64,000 nucleotides of DNA from Candidatus Latescibacterota bacterium (GTDB taxonomy: Bacteria; Latescibacterota; CBDEFO01), in the NCBI GenBank assembly GCA_965237525.1, contig CBDEFO010000006.1:192001-256000 (forward strand). The letters are read 5' to 3'. This document shows, one piece after another, positions 58,709 to 64,000 of this stretch. Each line of letters starts with the position of its first letter. Position 1 is the first letter of the stretch. The notes under the pieces were generated by a model, which saw nothing but the letters and a program-made list of their open reading frames with translations, was not told the origin of the DNA and searched no databases. The position numbers and the translations under genes are program-made.

Positions 58709-58982
58709 GTTGGTCTGCGATTACTCAGGCCAAACCTCACAAGATAGCGACATGGGCGAAACAGACGAATTCATTATCAGCTACCGTAATAATTAATCCT
58801 TCATGTGAGAGGGCTTGACAAGAGCTGACTACCAGAAGCTGCCTGAAGTGCGAATAAGTTTACAGTGGCCGCAAGTGATGATCGTCAGTAAAGTTGTGTA
58901 GAGCAATAGGAGGTCGCCTGTCACTAGCCGTTCAGCTCCCATTAACACTCCAGACCCTCTTATTCAGGATAGCCGTAAGCAG

Positions 58983-59900
58983 CTACCGCAGCCAGCCTGG
59001 AAAGCGTTCTTTCACACTCTGGATAACGGCCTCGTAGACCTCCTTATCAAAGCACTTGTACGGGGAGAGCAGGCGCAGCGGCATGTCGATGCCACTGGCG
59101 CGCACGACCATCTTGTCGTATGCCCCATCGATGGCCTCATGTCCCCGAGTCGGTTCGTCGAAGGCCAGCATCACCTGTATGTACTCGGCCATCAGGGGAA
59201 ACAACCTCTCCCACTGTTTGTTCACGCCGTACTGGAAGAACTCTTTGGTCTTGGCAGGGAATAGAGCGCCGTACGAACTGAGCAGGGAGCACTCTCCGTA
59301 GAGACAGCCAATTGGAAAGCCTACTTCCCCATAAAAGTGCTGCAGTTCCGGTGCCTGGGTAGCGATACCAGCGATATCGCCGATGTCCGAACGGCAGTTC
59401 TTGGTGCCGGCCAGGTTAGGCACGGCGTCTGCCAGACGCCGGTAGTCCGTCCCCAGGAGCAGGCGCCGGGCTCGCGGCAAATTGTAGTGGATGAAACGGG
59501 CATCAGAGAAGGCACCACATATGTCCTGAAAATAGATCAGGCACTCGTCGTCGTCGAGTTCACCCCAGGGAGGCAGAGCGATCTGAAAGGTGCGGAAGCC
59601 CTGAGCGTAGGCGAAGCCAACGCGCTCCATCACCTGCACGGTGGACATGCCGATCACCCCGACCATGGGAAAGACGTCCTCTCTGTGCGTCTCTTCGCGA
59701 AATATACTTACGATCTGCTGGAACTGAGTCAGGGTGATAGCGTAGCCTTCGCCGGCCGTGCCAAAGATGTACAGATGGTTGAAACCCCGTGCCAGCGTGG
59801 CCCTCACTTCCTGGCGGAAGATCTCTTCCAGCAGCTCCTCCCTTTCGCTCCAGGGAATTTCGCAGCTTACCAGAATAGCCTGTGGATAACGCATTGCCAT
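58983..59900 (-). CDS. Dihydrodipicolinate synthase / N-acetylneuraminate lyase family aldolase
   Basis: FGTAGEG, HYNLP and LAGTK (Schiff-base Lys) motifs. Confidence 0.85.
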   Translation of the reverse strand: MAMRYPQAILVSCEIPWSEREELLEEIFRQEVRATLARGFNHLYIFGTAGEGYAITLTQFQQIVSIFREETHREDVFPMVGVIGMSTVQVMERVGFAYAQGFRTFQIALPPWGELDDDECLIYFQDICGAFSDARFIHYNLPRARRLLLGTDYRRLADAVPNLAGTKNCRSDIGDIAGIATQAPELQHFYGEVGFPIGCLYGECSLLSSYGALFPAKTKEFFQYGVNKQWERLFPLMAEYIQVMLAFDEPTRGHEAIDGAYDKMVVRASGIDMPLRLLSPYKCFDKEVYEAVIQSVKERFPGWLR

Positions 59901-60591
59901 CGTGTCCTCCGGGGATTCATTGCATTTTCATGCGTTGACAAGGGATGCTAGAAACAGTGTGAATTTCTCACTGTGACACAATCCAAGGGTTCCAGTTTCT
60001 TTTTACAAACGGCAATAATTAAAATTTGGCAGCTTGTGCTACCAACACCGAAAAACAACTGGTAATGATTTCAGCACATTTTCTCCTTCAGGTCAGAACG
60101 AGTTTCTCGAAATTCTCTATTTCTTGATCTTTTCGAAATCTGGGCACATTCCAGCTTACACCTTGCTTTTTCACTTTGAATCAAACCGCTTCTTCATTAC
60201 TAATTTTATAGTGCATGTGTCCCTGTCACATTGCAAGGATATGCAGTACATTCGTGAATTTCAGTATGTGTCCTTGAATCTTCTGGATTCCTCTCCAGAC
60301 TCTTTTGACATGATACTTGGATGCTTAGATTTCATTGGCTTGAAAATGTAGAGGGTTCACTAGTAGTGGGACTACATTAAGGGGCATTATCGGCAGTGAG
60401 GCACATAACGACTAAGCTCACCTGCCTGCGAAGCGTAGCGAATACAACACCAGGGTCGGGACTTCCACTTGTTTGTGTCAAGAGGCGAGGAACAAAAGAG
60501 GGGAACAAGTTAATGTCGTTGCTCTTCCGAATAACAGAATTTCTGATCACCTCGAAGGTGGAACTTTCACTTGATTTCGGTAATAATCTAA

Positions 60592-62802
60592 CTAATAGAC
60601 AACAGATACAGTCCCGGTCTTAGTCTCCTCCTCTTCCTGAGCCTCTACCGATATGCGATAGACATATATCCCCGGCGGAACAAGATTATCCTTGTTGTCT
60701 CTCCCATCCCAATGCCGGCTAAATTGTCCTACGGAGTCGTTCCCAGAATAGACTGTCTTTATAAAGACACCGGAAAGATCGTATATATCGATTGAGACAG
60801 GAACAGAGGCAGTCAGCCTCAAAATGGTATAAGATATGTTCAGTACATCATTGACACCGTCGCCATTGGGTGTAAAGGGATTTGGAGAGACCTCTGCTGA
60901 GGACAATATCGATTCGGCCAAAGACGTTATCACCGTAAGGACATCGCTTTCGATCTCATCGGCCACGTTGCCAGGCTTGATCCTCTGACGAACTTCGTGA
61001 GGGTTTGCGCTGTCGAACACCCTGCCGTCAAAAAATGTCCCGCGCTCCCTCAAAACAGGAGCTTGGAAGACCACTTCAACTGTGACTCCGCTGTCTCGTG
61101 TATCCAACTTCCTGGGCAATGTGACCTCAAAGCCTGAGCCGTCCTCCTTTATCGTCGTGTTGAAGGCGTCCTGATTGATTTCATCTACTCGAAGCGAATC
61201 CACCGAACTAACCCCATAAGGTGTGGTGATCTCCAGGCTGTCGAATCCTTTATCCACAGCTGCCATCGTTGCAGTGACAAAATAGGTGAACTTATGTGAT
61301 ACCTTGCCTATCTCGACTTCTGCAGGGAAGATCTCACCAACTATCTCTCGAGCCGCAGGAGGCACAGAGGCCTTAAACTGTAAATACTCGATCCGGCTGC
61401 CATCGCTACCTTCGGAGGTAAAATCCACGCCGATCTGAAAGAATTTGCGGGGACCAGGAGAGGCGATAGCTTCTCCCGGACTTTCAAACTTGTAAGGAGC
61501 AGACCAGAAGCTCCAGTTTTCCGTATCGTAAGTCACTGGTCCCTTAATACTACCAGGGAGTAAGTCGTACTCACTTTTGTACTCCTCTGAGCTGAGGTCT
61601 TTTCCCCCCTTTTCGGGAGGCAAAACTACGGGCGTTTGCTGCTCAGGATTGATTCTCCAGTAGACGTCCGGATGACGATCTGTCCCGCTCCTGGTTCGGA
61701 TCTTAGCCTCCGCCTTGGGATCACTACTGCCAGACCAGGTGACCTCGCCGAAACTGGCGATGTCGTCCAACTCAATTATGTCAGCTATATAAGAGGCTTC
61801 ATCTACAAAGCCCTGTCCCAAGACCTCAAACTCGGCGATCTCTATCGTCTTCAAATTTGGGGTATAGATCAACAACGCGACATAAGAGGTTTTCTCCGGC
61901 GGATCAAGCGGTATTATAACTTCAGGAAATATATTTACAACGCGCTCGTGACGTGCAGTGGGGCCAGATACACGTTCAGTTTGACCACGAGTGCCTGGGT
62001 GTTTGTACTTGGCAAACTGTCGGAAGCTCGGGATGTAACCTGTCCCTCGACACAAGTGGGACTCGAGGAAATCCTCCGGGCGGCCAAGGCTGGTGCCCAA
62101 TTCGTAGTCCTCTATGAAGTGAGTTTCATATTCCTTACCCTCAGGGGATATTCCACCACGAGTGTAGAATCTTACTTTATTGACGACAAATAGTCCGCCT
62201 AAGTTAATAACTATCCGGTGTTGCGCCTGATGACATCTTGCGCCCGTTCTTTGTGGTTCTAGCTCGCCACTTGTCACCCCCGCGCGCAGCGGCCAAGGCC
62301 ACACAAAAGCCGTGGTCGGATCACCATCTATCATGTTATTCGCAATGTTTCCTTCGATTCCATATGCCTCATTGTTGCCTAGACTCTCAATTCCTTGGGT
62401 ACCGTTGGCTATCCATCCTCCTCTGTCCAGAGCCGTTGCGGCTATGCTCTCACCCTCCCTGATAAACTTCGGTTGAATTGAACCGGCATCCGCTACTTTC
62501 AGAGAGTCCTCATCGAGGTTCTCCCTGATCTCAGATGCATCTTTGTTCAGCCAGCTGATCTCCTTCATCTCAATCCCTATCCCCTGGAGACTGTCCCTTT
62601 CTGCAGGCGAAAACGGCCTTCCGATTCTATAGATAATCGCAGAAGAGGCATCATCTAAAAAGATGGCGGTGACCATCAAAGCAAGCAGAATCAACCCTGC
62701 CAGCTTACATAAAATACTACCCATTCTTGCACACCAAGACATTTTTATCACCCCACTTGAGATTAATCGGTCTGACTTCCCGTGATTAAGGGAGTTTGAC
62801 AT
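60592..62802 (-). CDS. Large secreted protein with C-terminal FlgD-Ig / gliding-motility-CTD-like domain
   Basis: Signal peptide, discoidin-like MIDGDPTT...INLG, C-terminal PNPFTPNGDGVND...IYDLSG...WDGRD...PPGIYVY...VSVVY. Confidence 0.8.
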   Translation of the reverse strand: MSNSLNHGKSDRLISSGVIKMSWCARMGSILCKLAGLILLALMVTAIFLDDASSAIIYRIGRPFSPAERDSLQGIGIEMKEISWLNKDASEIRENLDEDSLKVADAGSIQPKFIREGESIAATALDRGGWIANGTQGIESLGNNEAYGIEGNIANNMIDGDPTTAFVWPWPLRAGVTSGELEPQRTGARCHQAQHRIVINLGGLFVVNKVRFYTRGGISPEGKEYETHFIEDYELGTSLGRPEDFLESHLCRGTGYIPSFRQFAKYKHPGTRGQTERVSGPTARHERVVNIFPEVIIPLDPPEKTSYVALLIYTPNLKTIEIAEFEVLGQGFVDEASYIADIIELDDIASFGEVTWSGSSDPKAEAKIRTRSGTDRHPDVYWRINPEQQTPVVLPPEKGGKDLSSEEYKSEYDLLPGSIKGPVTYDTENWSFWSAPYKFESPGEAIASPGPRKFFQIGVDFTSEGSDGSRIEYLQFKASVPPAAREIVGEIFPAEVEIGKVSHKFTYFVTATMAAVDKGFDSLEITTPYGVSSVDSLRVDEINQDAFNTTIKEDGSGFEVTLPRKLDTRDSGVTVEVVFQAPVLRERGTFFDGRVFDSANPHEVRQRIKPGNVADEIESDVLTVITSLAESILSSAEVSPNPFTPNGDGVNDVLNISYTILRLTASVPVSIDIYDLSGVFIKTVYSGNDSVGQFSRHWDGRDNKDNLVPPGIYVYRISVEAQEEEETKTGTVSVVY

Positions 62803-63141
62803 CAGAGTTCCCTCCCTTCAGGTAAAAGCCCAGTATCGCGTCAAAATAGTATGCACAAGTTTACAGGGATCCTACATAGCAGCCAGCACACGGGGAGAGG
62901 CAACCTAAGTCAGATTGCTTCGCCCACGTGGCTACCTCGCGGTTTGCTGGCACTTCGTCCCCCAGCAAAAAGGGGCCGCAGCGGTGCACCCCTGCCCGCC
63001 ACAAAGCGCATCACGCAAGGCGCTTCAACCTTCGCTTTCAACCCGGATTTTTCATTTCATGATCGAATGGATTGCCGCCTGTTGTCTGTACTATCGCATC
63101 TCTCCATAGCCTCTCTGGCTAGAAGAACATTAGACGGAACG

Positions 63142-63350
63142 TTATGCCTTTATCTCTCGTAATGGCGCGCTTTCCTGGTGCAGATGCTGCAGGGTTTCCT
63201 TCACAGATTGAACGATTCCTGTCTCGTGATACGGGATGCAATGTTCTTTACAGAACGCTTTGGCAATTTCCTGCGTTTCCTTGAGATTATTGCGCGGCAT
63301 GTTGGGGAACAAGTGATGCTCAATCTGATAGTTGAGACACCCATACCAGA
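63142..63350 (-). pseudogene. Fatty acid desaturase C-terminal fragment
   Basis: GCLNYQIEHHLFP third His box; 5' part replaced by IS sequence. Confidence 0.75.
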
Positions 63351-63771
63351 AATAATGCAAGATCTATCTCATTAACATCTGACTACAAACTTTCCCAGAG
63401 ACTCCGTAAACGCACAGAACATATCTTTGCTGAAGCCAAGCAACAGCACGGTATGGGACGAGGCCGTTACACAGGACTAGCCTCACTGAATGAACAGTTA
63501 AATCTTGTTGCAGCCCCCGATTGATTCTATCGGGGTTACAGAATCTCAAGAGGCTCGTATCCTTCATAAGCAGGACAAAAGCGTCTATATGTGCCCTGTC
63601 TGTCAAAGACAGTGCATCCTGTTCTTCAAACAGGTCCTATTCCTTGCTGACGAGAACTCTGATGAGACTGTTTTGCTTATTCCATAGCAAAACGATATGA
63701 TATGCTACTGTTTGACCCATAATTGGCGTTTTAGACGCTGCCTACGAAATAACTATTTGACAAGGCTTTTA
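63346..63771 (+). mobile_element. Truncated, diverged remnant of the IS1182-type element
   Basis: Colinear with the reverse complement of about 28294-28699; ends in TTTGACAAGGCTTTTA; interrupted by a 21-bp palindrome at 63515-63535. Confidence 0.9.
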
Positions 63772-64000
63772 ACTGTTGTGCAATAACCACTAATCCCCGA
63801 TACTTTGCGACAGCTCATCATCCATTGTGGAATATAGGATGAACTACGATCGCGTTATAGAGGAATTTTCTCCCATAAGAGCTGGCTGCCATGAATCCTT
63901 TATGCAAACTTTCACTAACATACTACCTGATTGGGATACTGCTATCTATCTAATTTCTGCTGATATAATGAATCCTTAACACTTTGAAGGGGGTAAGTTT

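Noticed and set aside
59960..60360. AT-rich segment with protein-like patches on the minus strand
   Set aside because: Multiple stops in the frames I read and no family identifiable by eye.

Overview
Bacterial genomic window, mostly minus-strand genes. The gene content (many BNR/sialidase-like, PhyH-like and Gfo/Idh/MocA proteins, plus a large secreted protein with a FlgD-Ig/gliding-motility-type C-terminal domain) suggests an FCB-group organism such as Ca. Latescibacterota; this is inference only. 1-6.6 kb is a small accessory patch around tRNA-Met. 6.7-27.9 kb is a core block (thrS-infC-rpmI-rplT-pheS-pheT-zapB-zapA-[6S-like RNA]-rny-ymdB-xseA-xseB-nadK-recN-DUF309-ppdK-ilvD). At 28.1-31.1 kb an IS1182-type element sits between a near-consensus sigma28 promoter and a frameshifted flagellin gene. 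From tRNA-Lys (31.4 kb) to the end is a mosaic, partly decaying accessory region: four tandem sialidase-like paralogs, phosphoesterases, two PhyH copies with different lesions, a tRNA-Arg 3' fragment (att scar), a low-GC porin/PBP-like/sensor-kinase trio between 108-bp direct repeats, and several pseudogenes. The most unusual signals are (1) a dispersed 21-bp palindrome CCCCGATTGANTCTATCGGGG that appears to insert into genes, repeats and itself, (2) the porin-PBP-kinase module, (3) the IS-interrupted flagellin, and (4) a TAGACAG heptamer concentrated at gene ends. All calls come from reading the sequence by eye; no searches were run.
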